The notes under the pieces: model-generated
What the model was told of the DNA's origin: nothing
The model's input: the letters and a program-made list of their open reading frames with translations, nothing else
Database searches by the model: none
Made by a program: the position numbers and the translations under genes
Source of the DNA: Nitrososphaeria archaeon
Lineage (GTDB): Archaea > Thermoproteota > Nitrososphaeria > Nitrososphaerales > JAAOZN01
Assembly (NCBI GenBank): GCA_029775855.1
Contig: JARVJZ010000001.1
Location: forward strand, 128,001-192,000
Direction of reading: 5' to 3'
DNA: 64,000 bases
Part shown: piece by piece, positions 1 to 8,556 of the stretch
How positions within the stretch are numbered: the stretch's first letter is position 1
How the letters are laid out: each line of letters opens with the position of its first letter

Positions 1-75
1 TTCTTCGCTTATGAGCATCGCGCACCTAACCTTTCTATGGCAGTTGAGCATCTTGTCGATGATATCTTCTGTCAT
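1..75 (-). CDS. Partial CDS (5' end), possible Roadblock/LC7-like small protein, running off the window edge
   Basis: Minus-strand ATG at 75 reads MTEDIIDKMLNCHRKVRCAMLISEE with no stop; GAGGT SD-like sequence upstream; co-oriented with the KaiC-like gene. Family call is tentative. Confidence 0.45.
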   Translation of the reverse strand, partial: MTEDIIDKMLNCHRKVRCAMLISEE

Positions 76-153
76 CCTACACCACTACCTCAAAAGTAGA
101 TGATAAGCTTAGTGGTGTAGATGATTGTGGCTGCTGAAGTGCTGTAAGGGCTA

Positions 154-1566
154 TTATACTACTGGAATTAGTCTATATCTCCTTATGTGTCCTTCCAGCT
201 TCGTCTGTATATTAAATAGTTGAGTATTAGGCTTTACCCCGTATAGAAAATGAGCACCATCTATTTGGCATATCCGTAAGTGTATCGTGGCTAAGGCCCT
301 TAGTTCATCAATAATCTTCATCGACGGTCTCGCTATGTTTATACGCAGCACCCCAAAGTTCTTGGTTCGCGCAACACTCTCTCCTAGAGTTCTTAAGGCT
401 TCTTTTTCACTGTAAACATATTCGACAGTGTCAAAGCCTACAATCGACAAAGCTGGTCTTCTTGTCAACTTCATCAATTGTAGTGTCGCTGTCCAGAACC
501 TGGTAGTGTCTTCTATAATGGATCGTCCACTTAACGGTAAAACATAAGGTGATGCAGATGTCTCCTCGGTTTCGAATCTGTAATCTACAATTTTTAGGTT
601 CTCTAAAGGTGGTGTCACATCTTTTAAGACTTCTATCATCTTGTTTGCGCTAATTCCTTGTGGTGGTAGGATGATAACTGGGTAGCCTTGACTTAGAAAA
701 TTTGATATTATAGGAACTAACAGCAGCTCTAATGGTATCCCTACGTCTTCATCAACCTCTAGCAAGTCGTAGCTTCCTGGAATGAATCCGTCTGTCAAAA
801 TATTATCCAAGTCGCGAATTCCAGTCGAATAACGATTTGGTTGATGTGGAATCACCTCACATACGCCTGTTAGCTTCGTTTCTGGTAAGGTTGGCGGGAA
901 GACATGGAATCCGTTTTCGAGCGTGTATACAAATCTTGGATTGCTTAATCTGGTTCCTCTAAGCTTAAGAATCTCCAACTCTCTTATTAAACGCCCTACA
1001 TGCATCTTTCTTCTAAGAATAATTACGCCATCGGCTACAAACTCACCACTACCTAATATTACCTTCTTCACTCCCGGAGGAATCTCACCTGTAATTAAGG
1101 TTGTGCATCCTTCTTTTCTCACAATCTTGTCTAGTATGTTGTGTAGCAGAGAGCGGGCTTCAATCGGCTTCTCAACCGCTTGCGCAAATGTTGAAAAGGA
1201 ATCTATAACAACACGCTTAGCCTCCATTGTGCGTATACGCTCTAAAAGAGCTTTAAGAGATTCAGATATCATCGCTTCTTGGCCAGTCAGCATCTCCATA
1301 AAGCAGAACTTATCCTCACTTTCAAGCTTCCTAAAGTTGTAAAACCTCTCCATATTATCAAAGAAAGTTTGACGGTCTTCACTAAAGCTCACATAAATAC
1401 CTTTCTCGTCATAATTGACTGCACCATCATAAATAAATTGAGCAGAGAAAATACTCTTCCCTGTGCCAGGTTCGCCGCATATAAGAATTAAGCTTCCTCT
1501 AGGAAAGCCCCCTTCAACAAAGGGATCCAATTCTTTAACGCTTGTTGAAACCCTAGTAACCGGCAT
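154..1566 (-). CDS. KaiC/RAD55-family two-domain ATPase, second domain degenerate
   Basis: VSTSVKELD, Walker A GEPGTGKS, Walker B VVIDS, ILKLRGT; second repeat STGIRDLD lacks a Walker A lysine. Confidence 0.9.
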   Translation of the reverse strand: MPVTRVSTSVKELDPFVEGGFPRGSLILICGEPGTGKSIFSAQFIYDGAVNYDEKGIYVSFSEDRQTFFDNMERFYNFRKLESEDKFCFMEMLTGQEAMISESLKALLERIRTMEAKRVVIDSFSTFAQAVEKPIEARSLLHNILDKIVRKEGCTTLITGEIPPGVKKVILGSGEFVADGVIILRRKMHVGRLIRELEILKLRGTRLSNPRFVYTLENGFHVFPPTLPETKLTGVCEVIPHQPNRYSTGIRDLDNILTDGFIPGSYDLLEVDEDVGIPLELLLVPIISNFLSQGYPVIILPPQGISANKMIEVLKDVTPPLENLKIVDYRFETEETSASPYVLPLSGRSIIEDTTRFWTATLQLMKLTRRPALSIVGFDTVEYVYSEKEALRTLGESVARTKNFGVLRINIARPSMKIIDELRALATIHLRICQIDGAHFLYGVKPNTQLFNIQTKLEGHIRRYRLIPVV

Positions 1567-1572
1567 CTTCCT

Positions 1573-1953
1573 TCACCTCTTAGGCAAGTAAGAAATATTC
1601 CTCAGTAATTCATGCCACTCTCCCAAACTACTCTTTTGGCTATCTGTCAAAAACTTCAAAAGCTCCTCCTTCGATAGATGGAAAGCGTATCTTCTGCGGA
1701 GCTCACCAACCAAAAAATCAATGAACAAATCTGCTGCATCACCAAAAAGTTCCCTTAGCGTCCTGTAGAAAGCGGTAGGCTCTTCCCACAACGTATCAAA
1801 AGGATCACGACCCAGTCTCAACCGCATATGAAATAAGATTACCTCTTTAACAGTCTCGCCTAACCCTTTACTTATAACCTCTCCTAAGACATCCTTCAAA
1901 TCCTCAATCACCCATTTATTTCTCCCCTTATCTTCCTCTCTCATCCACTCCAT
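1573..1953 (-). CDS. Small helical KaiC-associated protein (DUF3227/NitrOD5-like)
   Basis: LGETVKEVILFH...PTAFYRTLRELFGDAA pattern; 6 bp upstream of the KaiC-like gene, same strand. Confidence 0.55.
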   Translation of the reverse strand: MEWMREEDKGRNKWVIEDLKDVLGEVISKGLGETVKEVILFHMRLRLGRDPFDTLWEEPTAFYRTLRELFGDAADLFIDFLVGELRRRYAFHLSKEELLKFLTDSQKSSLGEWHELLRNISYLPKR

Positions 1954-2039
1954 CTTGGAAATTATATAAAATGCTATATTAAAAGGTTTTCTAAATGATA
2001 AAATGTGCCATTTACTTCAATTAATATGCCAAATATTTA

Positions 2040-2062
2040 AACAAAAACAAAAAAACAAAAAA
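2040..2062 (-). terminator. Oligo-T tract downstream of tRNA-Arg
   Basis: A-rich run acaaaaacaaaaaaacaaaaaa on + is a long T tract on - just after the tRNA 3' end. Confidence 0.55.
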
Positions 2063-2070
2063 TCATTAAG

Positions 2071-2145
2071 CGGGACCGAGGGGATTTGAACCCCTGACCC
2101 CCAGCTCCGCAGGCTGGTGTCCTATCCATACTAGACGACGGCCCC
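2071..2145 (-). tRNA. tRNA-Arg(GCG), intronless, CCA not encoded
   Basis: Reverse complement folds as a cloverleaf: acceptor GGGGCCG/CGGTCCC, anticodon arm CCAGC-CTGCGGA-GCTGG, T loop TTCAAAT. Confidence 0.95.
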
Positions 2146-2179
2146 ATTATCCAGATACTAATCGCGCATTATAATTTGT

Positions 2180-3772
2180 TTACGCTCCCTTCACTACTTC
2201 CTCGATGAGTTCAGCAGCTTTATCTCGCCCAATATCAACGATATATGGTCCAAGCCTCGGTCCTCGGTCTGAAGATATGAGAATCTGGTATAGTGTTTTA
2301 AAGAGCTCTTGGGGCTTAAGTCCATTGCGTTTTGCTGCCTCAAATATACTGTTTTGAATCTGTTGAGCATCGCTTAGAGCCCTTATAGATTGCGCAACTT
2401 CAGCTAAAGCCTTTTTCTGCTCCTCACTTAAAGCAAGTTTAACAGACTCATGCCTCGTAAAGTCCTCAGCCCAGTTCGCGGCTAACAAGATCTTTTTCTT
2501 CAACTCTTCATCTACTTCTTTTACGAATCCATAGGCTGCTAGCTTCTTTGAAACAAACTCTACCATTGACTCCTTGGGTGCTACTGATGCTAACTGTGTT
2601 AGAAGTCTATACGGTATATGTGTTGATGGCTTCGCCGGGGGCTTTAGAAGATTCACATATTCATAGAGCCCACGCATCTTCCTCAGCTCCGCTGGGTTTT
2701 CAATCTTCTTTACTCCAAAATACACATCTTCCAGCATGTCGTATTCATCCATATAGTTAGGAACATCCTCAACTGAGAGACTTCTTGTTCCTACAACTCT
2801 CTTAAACATCAGCAGGAGAAGCGATTGTGGTGAACCGTATCTGAGCCAAGTCTGAGGTGTAAAAACGTTTCCAACAGATTTAGATATCTTTCTACCCGAC
2901 TTATCCAAGAATAGCTCATACCTAATATGATAAGGATGCGGATGATTTAGAATATTATCCGATATCCAATCATTAACTTTAACTGAATCAGCTATATCTT
3001 TACCATAAGCTTCAAACCTTATGTCAAACGCAGCCCATCTTGCCGCCATCTCGCCTTTCCAACTCAGCTTACCCTTACCCTCTAACACATTCAACTCCCC
3101 TTCATGCCCACATCCCTTAACCCATCTCCCACCTATTTCAGCACCTTCACATCTGTACGCTATAGTGTGTTTCTCCTCATTGTATGAGTATGCCACAGCC
3201 ACGTAAAGCCTACCGCAACGTTCACAAAGAGGGTAGTAGGGTAGTATTTGCTCAAACTTCTTCTGCCCTATAACCTCAGCTATATATTGCCCTATCTTCT
3301 GCGCATTATTCAGTATAGTCTGAATCTGACCGTTTAGAAGCCCCTTCTGATATGCTTCAGCCCCACTCTGGAATGTATACTCTATACTCAAACGATCTAA
3401 AGCGTCAAGCAACATAGCGCTCATATGAACACCATAAGAGCGGTGGCAGCCAAAAGGATCTTGTATCAAAGTTACAGGTTTTCCGATATCATCTTCTAAC
3501 CACTTTGGTAACCCAGCCGGAACCTTACGCAGACCATCAAAGTCATCTGAATAAGCTATCAACTCAGACCTAAAGCCCATATCTTCTAACGCCAGCTTGA
3601 CACCATACGCTCTAACCGCATCACTTAAGCTTCCAACATGTGGTATTCCTGAAGCTCCAAGACCACTTTCAACTCTTAAATACGTTAGAGACCTACCTAT
3701 CTGCTTCTCTCTTTCAATAACCTTAGATGCCACTTTATCAAGCCATGTGCCGCGTCCTATTTTTATGCTCAA
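2180..3772 (-). CDS. lysS: Lysine--tRNA ligase, class I
   Basis: SGIPHVGS (HIGH-like), FEAYGKD, KISKSVGN (KMSKS-like), GPRLG. Confidence 0.96.
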   Translation of the reverse strand: MSIKIGRGTWLDKVASKVIEREKQIGRSLTYLRVESGLGASGIPHVGSLSDAVRAYGVKLALEDMGFRSELIAYSDDFDGLRKVPAGLPKWLEDDIGKPVTLIQDPFGCHRSYGVHMSAMLLDALDRLSIEYTFQSGAEAYQKGLLNGQIQTILNNAQKIGQYIAEVIGQKKFEQILPYYPLCERCGRLYVAVAYSYNEEKHTIAYRCEGAEIGGRWVKGCGHEGELNVLEGKGKLSWKGEMAARWAAFDIRFEAYGKDIADSVKVNDWISDNILNHPHPYHIRYELFLDKSGRKISKSVGNVFTPQTWLRYGSPQSLLLLMFKRVVGTRSLSVEDVPNYMDEYDMLEDVYFGVKKIENPAELRKMRGLYEYVNLLKPPAKPSTHIPYRLLTQLASVAPKESMVEFVSKKLAAYGFVKEVDEELKKKILLAANWAEDFTRHESVKLALSEEQKKALAEVAQSIRALSDAQQIQNSIFEAAKRNGLKPQELFKTLYQILISSDRGPRLGPYIVDIGRDKAAELIEEVVKGA

Positions 3773-3997
3773 CCCTCTTACCCCTACTCTGCTGCTGAAT
3801 ATAAGGCTCAGCCCTCACTACCTACATAATATAACAGAACTCGACGAATCGTTCTGCTTTTCTTCAGTCTTCTGAGTCTGTTCTTCAAAAATTGTGGTAG
3901 TAGCAACCCCTCTGATACCATCTTGAACGATTAAAAATATATTTTTTCTATAGGATTATTGCACCATTCTTTTATATATTAGAATCATCTTTTTTAC

Positions 3998-4492
3998 ATG
4001 ATAAATATGGCTGAAGCATCTCAGATCTTAGCATCAGATGAAACGATTAAGGTTATGGAGATACTTAAGCGATATAGTAGCGATAAGGATAATCTTATAC
4101 CTATTCTTCAAGAGATCCAAAAGAATGTGGGATACTTATCTCCAGATTTTGTAAGATTGGTATCAAAGCATCTAAAGATATCAGCTAGCAGCGTCTATGG
4201 TGTCGCAACATTCTACACGATGTTTAAATTCGCTAAACCAGCAAAACACAATATTAAAGTATGCTTAGGAACATCTTGTCACGTCAAAGGTGGAGACCGT
4301 ATTCTTGAAACATTCGAGAGGCTGCTTGAAGTAAGATGCGGGGAAAGCAGTCGAGATTTGATGTTTAGTTTAGAGCGTGTGGCTTGTTTAGGTTCATGCG
4401 CACTTGCACCAGTAGTGGTTATAGATGATACTATTTACGGTAATATGCATGTAGATCGGATTAAACCAATTCTCTCTAAAATTAGAGGGTGA
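3998..4492 (+). CDS. NuoE/HydC-like [2Fe-2S] subunit
   Basis: LIPILQEIQ, GVATFY, VCLGTSCHVKG, ACLGSCALAP. Confidence 0.93.
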   Translation: MINMAEASQILASDETIKVMEILKRYSSDKDNLIPILQEIQKNVGYLSPDFVRLVSKHLKISASSVYGVATFYTMFKFAKPAKHNIKVCLGTSCHVKGGDRILETFERLLEVRCGESSRDLMFSLERVACLGSCALAPVVVIDDTIYGNMHVDRIKPILSKIRG

Positions 4493-6411
4493 AAAAGCTG
4501 ACTAGACCTTTTGATGAGATTCGCAAACAAGCGGTAGAAGAATGGAACCGGCTTTGGAACGACGGAAGAGCTGTAATTAGAGTAGAGTCCGCTACCTGCG
4601 GTAGAGCAGCCGGCGTTCTACAAGTAGCTGATGCTGTGCAGAAGAAGCTTCAAGAGCTTAACATAGATGCAAAGATCGTAAACACGGGTTGCATCGGGTT
4701 ATGCTATCTTGAACCCATTATGGATGTGACGAAACCAAATCAACCAAGCATCCTCTACCACAGCCTAGACCCGAAGACAGCAGCATCTATAGTTGAAGAC
4801 TACCTAGTTAAAAATGATATTAGAGCAGATAAAGCGCTTTGTAGCCTGGGAAGCAGCTATGCCAATTTACCATCTTTAGCTGAGCTCCCAGTAATGCAGA
4901 AGCAGACAAGATGGATTCTTCAGCGCTGTGGTCTCATAGATCCAGAGAAGATAGAGCATTACATTGCATTAGGAGGATACAGTGGTCTAGTTAAAGCTCT
5001 CTCTATGAAGCCTCATGAAGTTATAGAGTGGGTTAAGTTGAGTAGGTTAAGAGGGAGAGGTGGCGCAGGTTTTCCAACTGGAAAAAAGTGGGAAGTTTGC
5101 AGATCTGCACCCGGTGATGAAAAATACATCATCTGCAACGCTGATGAAGGTGATCCCGGAGCCTTCATGAATAGGGCTCTACTTGAAAGTGACCCTCATT
5201 TTGTGCTTGAGGGGATGGTTATAGGCTCTTATGCTTTAGGTGCGCAAGTAGGCTACATATACTGTAGAGCTGAATATCCTCTCGCTCTAGAAAGACTCAG
5301 AACGGCTTTAAAACAGATGGCTGATTTTGGCTTCTTAGGTAAAGACATCTTAGGTTCTGGGCATAATTTTGAGATACGCATCAAAGAAGGCGCTGGTGCT
5401 TTCGTATGTGGCGAAGAAACTGCGCTAATAGCTTCTATCGAAGGAAAGAGAGGTATGCCTAGACCAAGACCACCTTACCCCGCCCAATCAGGGCTGTGGG
5501 GTAAACCTACAGTAATAAATAACGTTGAGACTTGGGCTTGTGTATCATTAATCTTCCAAAAGGGTTGGGAATACTTCGCCAACAAGGGCTCAGAGAGTAG
5601 TAAAGGAACTAAGACCTTTTCGCTCGTCGGCAAAGTTAAGAGAGCTGGTCTTATAGAAGTGCCGCTTGGAATTACACTTAAAGAAATTATTTATGATATA
5701 GGAGGAGGCATAATCGGCGATAAAGAATTCAAGGCAGTTCAGATAGGAGGTCCTTCAGGCGGCTGCTTACCTAAGGTCCTCTTGACTACGCCAGTGGACT
5801 ATGACAGCTTAAGTTCAGCAGGCTCTATTATGGGCTCTGGCGGTATTGTAGTTATGGATGAAGATACTTGTGTAGTTGATATAGCCCACTACTTTCTCGA
5901 CTTTACCCAGAAGGAGTCTTGCGGCAAATGTGTTGTATGCAGAGAAGGCACGTGGAAGATGCTTCAGCTTCTTAAAGCTATTAAAGAAGGTAGAGCTGAC
6001 TCTAACACACTAGCCAAGCTAGAAGATCTTGCTCAAATCGTAAAGATAGGTTCGCTCTGCGGACTTGGGCAGACAGCACCTAACCCCGTCTTAACAACCT
6101 TAAGATACTTTAGGGACGAATATGAGGCACATATCAATGAGAAGCGATGCCCAGCCAAGGTCTGTAAGAATTTGATTACATACTATATTATCCCAGATAA
6201 ATGTGAAGGATGCATGATCTGCTTGAGAGAATGCCCAAGCGGTGCAATAAGAGGCGGCAAAAGAATGGTGCATATCATAGATCAAGAAAAATGTTCAAAA
6301 TGCGGAGTCTGTTACAACGTCTGCCCACCACGATTCAGAGCAGTAGTCAAAGTTTCTGGCGAGCATATGAATACACCAAGCGAACCTATACCTGTGCAGA
6401 GGAGGAAGTAA
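4489..6411 (+). CDS. NuoF/HydB-like FMN/NADH subunit with N-terminal thioredoxin-like [2Fe-2S] domain and C-terminal 2x[4Fe-4S]
   Basis: LRGRGGAGFPTG, NADEGDPGAFM, CGEETAL, GGPSGG, ESCGKCVVCREG, CEGCMICLREC, CSKCGVCYNVC. Confidence 0.94.
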   Translation: MKKLTRPFDEIRKQAVEEWNRLWNDGRAVIRVESATCGRAAGVLQVADAVQKKLQELNIDAKIVNTGCIGLCYLEPIMDVTKPNQPSILYHSLDPKTAASIVEDYLVKNDIRADKALCSLGSSYANLPSLAELPVMQKQTRWILQRCGLIDPEKIEHYIALGGYSGLVKALSMKPHEVIEWVKLSRLRGRGGAGFPTGKKWEVCRSAPGDEKYIICNADEGDPGAFMNRALLESDPHFVLEGMVIGSYALGAQVGYIYCRAEYPLALERLRTALKQMADFGFLGKDILGSGHNFEIRIKEGAGAFVCGEETALIASIEGKRGMPRPRPPYPAQSGLWGKPTVINNVETWACVSLIFQKGWEYFANKGSESSKGTKTFSLVGKVKRAGLIEVPLGITLKEIIYDIGGGIIGDKEFKAVQIGGPSGGCLPKVLLTTPVDYDSLSSAGSIMGSGGIVVMDEDTCVVDIAHYFLDFTQKESCGKCVVCREGTWKMLQLLKAIKEGRADSNTLAKLEDLAQIVKIGSLCGLGQTAPNPVLTTLRYFRDEYEAHINEKRCPAKVCKNLITYYIIPDKCEGCMICLRECPSGAIRGGKRMVHIIDQEKCSKCGVCYNVCPPRFRAVVKVSGEHMNTPSEPIPVQRRK

Positions 6412-6412
6412 A

Positions 6413-8545
6413 ATGGCTAACAGAACAGTAAAATTAAATATCGACGGTAAAACTGTTGTGGTAGAAAGTGGAAAAACTATCCTAGAAGCAGCTTTAGCAA
6501 ACGGAATCTACATCCCTCACCTATGCTACCACCCAGCCCTAACACCCTCAGGCGCCTGCAGACTTTGTTTGGTTGAAGTAGAAGGCATGCGTGGTGTGGT
6601 TGCATCATGCTCTACTCCTGCATCAGATGGTATGATTGTTCATACGGAGACGCCACTTATATCTAAACTGAGAAAGTCTACGCTTGAGTTCATACTCTCG
6701 GAGCATCCGCTTGACTGTTTAGTCTGCCCTAAGAACCTTCGATGTGAGCTCCAAGCTGTTGCACAATATATAGGTGTAGATGGATTAAATATACAGCGTA
6801 GAGCAAAAGAGGTGCAGATAAACGATAAGAACCCTCTCATCGTTATAGACCCGAATAAATGTATACTATGTGGCAGATGTGTAAGCATATGTAACGAAGT
6901 CAGAAAAGTCGGTGCCTTAACATTTGTAAACAGAGGGAAAGAAACCAGAATCGGAACATTCTTCAACAGTCCTTTAACCGAAGCTGGCTGTAGATTTTGC
7001 GGCGCCTGTGTAGAAGTCTGCCCAACCGCAGCCCTAATGGATAAAAATAGCTCTTGGAGGACACTTGCCGAAAGAGAAGCTAAGCTCGTGCCTTGTATAG
7101 ATGCTTGCCCAGCACACATCGATATACCTCGATACCTAGCGTTTATAGCGCGAGGGCTCTTCCAAGAAGCTGTAAACGTTATCAGAGAAAAGGCCCCCTT
7201 CCCACGTGTGTTAGGTAGAGTCTGCACACACCCATGTGAATACGCTTGCAAACGCGGCGAAGTTAACGAACCTATCGCCATTAGGCTATGTAAGAGGTTC
7301 GTAGCCGACTTAGACGACAAATCTTGGCGTCTGAAGATCAAGAAGATGCCTAAGACAGGCAAAAAAGTCGCTATAGTAGGCTCAGGACCAGCGGGTTTAA
7401 CCGCTGCCTACTTCTTAGCCAAACTTGGACACAGTGTAGTCATATTTGAGGCAGAGAATAAAATTGGCGGGTTGATGAGGTACGGTATACCTGAGTTTAG
7501 GTTACCTAAACGCGTTCTAGATGATGAGATAGAAGAAATAATGAATGTTGGTGTAGACGTTAGGTGTAACTTAAAGGTCGAATCTTTAGAAAGCCTGTTT
7601 GAGCAAGGATTTGACGCTGTATTCTTATCTATTGGTGCAGGCTCCACATCTAGGCTCGGTATACAAGGTGAGGATCTACAAGGCGTAGTTGATTGTCTGA
7701 GCCTACTTAAAGCCGCTAATCTCGGTCAAAAAATTGAAGTTGGGCGTAGAGTGCTGGTAATAGGGGGAGGAAACTCCGCTATTGATGCTGCAAGAACAGC
7801 GCTTAGGTTAGGCGCTGAGAGTGTTAAGATCATTTATAGGAGAAGTAGGGTTGAAATGCCTGCTGGTAGAGAAGAGTTAGACGAAGCTTTAGAAGAAGGT
7901 GTCGAATTAATAGAACTTACTGCGCCTTTAAAGATAGTTAAGGAGAACGGTGTGTTAAGACTTACTTGTATTAAAATGAGACTCGGAGACCCTGATGCTA
8001 CTGGTAGAAGAAAGCCTGAGCCCATAGAGCATAGTGAGTTTGTTATAGATGCTGACACTATCGTGAAGGCTGTAGGACAAAAACCTTCTCTACCTTCTGG
8101 ATTCAACCTTGAGTTGGACTCGAATGGTCGTGTTAAAGTAGATCAGAATCTTATGACGAGCAGAAAAGGTGTGTTTGCAGGAGGCGATATTGTAAGAGGG
8201 CCTTCATCCATTATACAAGCTATCGCCGATGGTAGGCAAGCAGCTTCGGCTATAGATATTTACTTGGGTGGCGAAGGGAAGATAGATGATGAACTTGCCT
8301 CAAAGCTAACCCCAAATCCAGTCTTAGGGTATGACGCAGACTTCCCCTTCATTAAGAGAGTAGAATGTTCGAAGCTTGAGCCTAAAACCAGAATCAAGAG
8401 TTTCGATGAAGTGGAGTCAGGATTTAAACAAGAAGAGGCTGTTAGAGAAGCTAGCCGATGCCTTAGATGTAAGTTAAGGTTGACTATACCACAACCAATT
8501 CTTCCACCAATTGAGACAAAATATAGATTGATGGAAAAAGGTTGA
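6413..8545 (+). CDS. Fusion of NuoG/HydA N-terminal Fe-S relay with GltD/NfnB(SudA)-type FAD/NADPH oxidoreductase
   Basis: IPHLCY-GACRLCLVE, HPLDCLVCPKNLRCELQ, CILCGRCVSIC, CRFCGACVEVCP, then PCIDACPAH, LGRVCTHPCEYAC, VGSGPAGL, IGGGNSAIDAAR, YRRS. Confidence 0.88.
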   Translation: MANRTVKLNIDGKTVVVESGKTILEAALANGIYIPHLCYHPALTPSGACRLCLVEVEGMRGVVASCSTPASDGMIVHTETPLISKLRKSTLEFILSEHPLDCLVCPKNLRCELQAVAQYIGVDGLNIQRRAKEVQINDKNPLIVIDPNKCILCGRCVSICNEVRKVGALTFVNRGKETRIGTFFNSPLTEAGCRFCGACVEVCPTAALMDKNSSWRTLAEREAKLVPCIDACPAHIDIPRYLAFIARGLFQEAVNVIREKAPFPRVLGRVCTHPCEYACKRGEVNEPIAIRLCKRFVADLDDKSWRLKIKKMPKTGKKVAIVGSGPAGLTAAYFLAKLGHSVVIFEAENKIGGLMRYGIPEFRLPKRVLDDEIEEIMNVGVDVRCNLKVESLESLFEQGFDAVFLSIGAGSTSRLGIQGEDLQGVVDCLSLLKAANLGQKIEVGRRVLVIGGGNSAIDAARTALRLGAESVKIIYRRSRVEMPAGREELDEALEEGVELIELTAPLKIVKENGVLRLTCIKMRLGDPDATGRRKPEPIEHSEFVIDADTIVKAVGQKPSLPSGFNLELDSNGRVKVDQNLMTSRKGVFAGGDIVRGPSSIIQAIADGRQAASAIDIYLGGEGKIDDELASKLTPNPVLGYDADFPFIKRVECSKLEPKTRIKSFDEVESGFKQEEAVREASRCLRCKLRLTIPQPILPPIETKYRLMEKG

Positions 8546-8556
8546 AGATAAAGTGT

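Noticed and set aside
3998-8545. Respiratory complex I N-module or [FeFe]-hydrogenase
   Set aside because: No other nuo genes and no H-cluster motifs; the third subunit ends in a GltD-like domain
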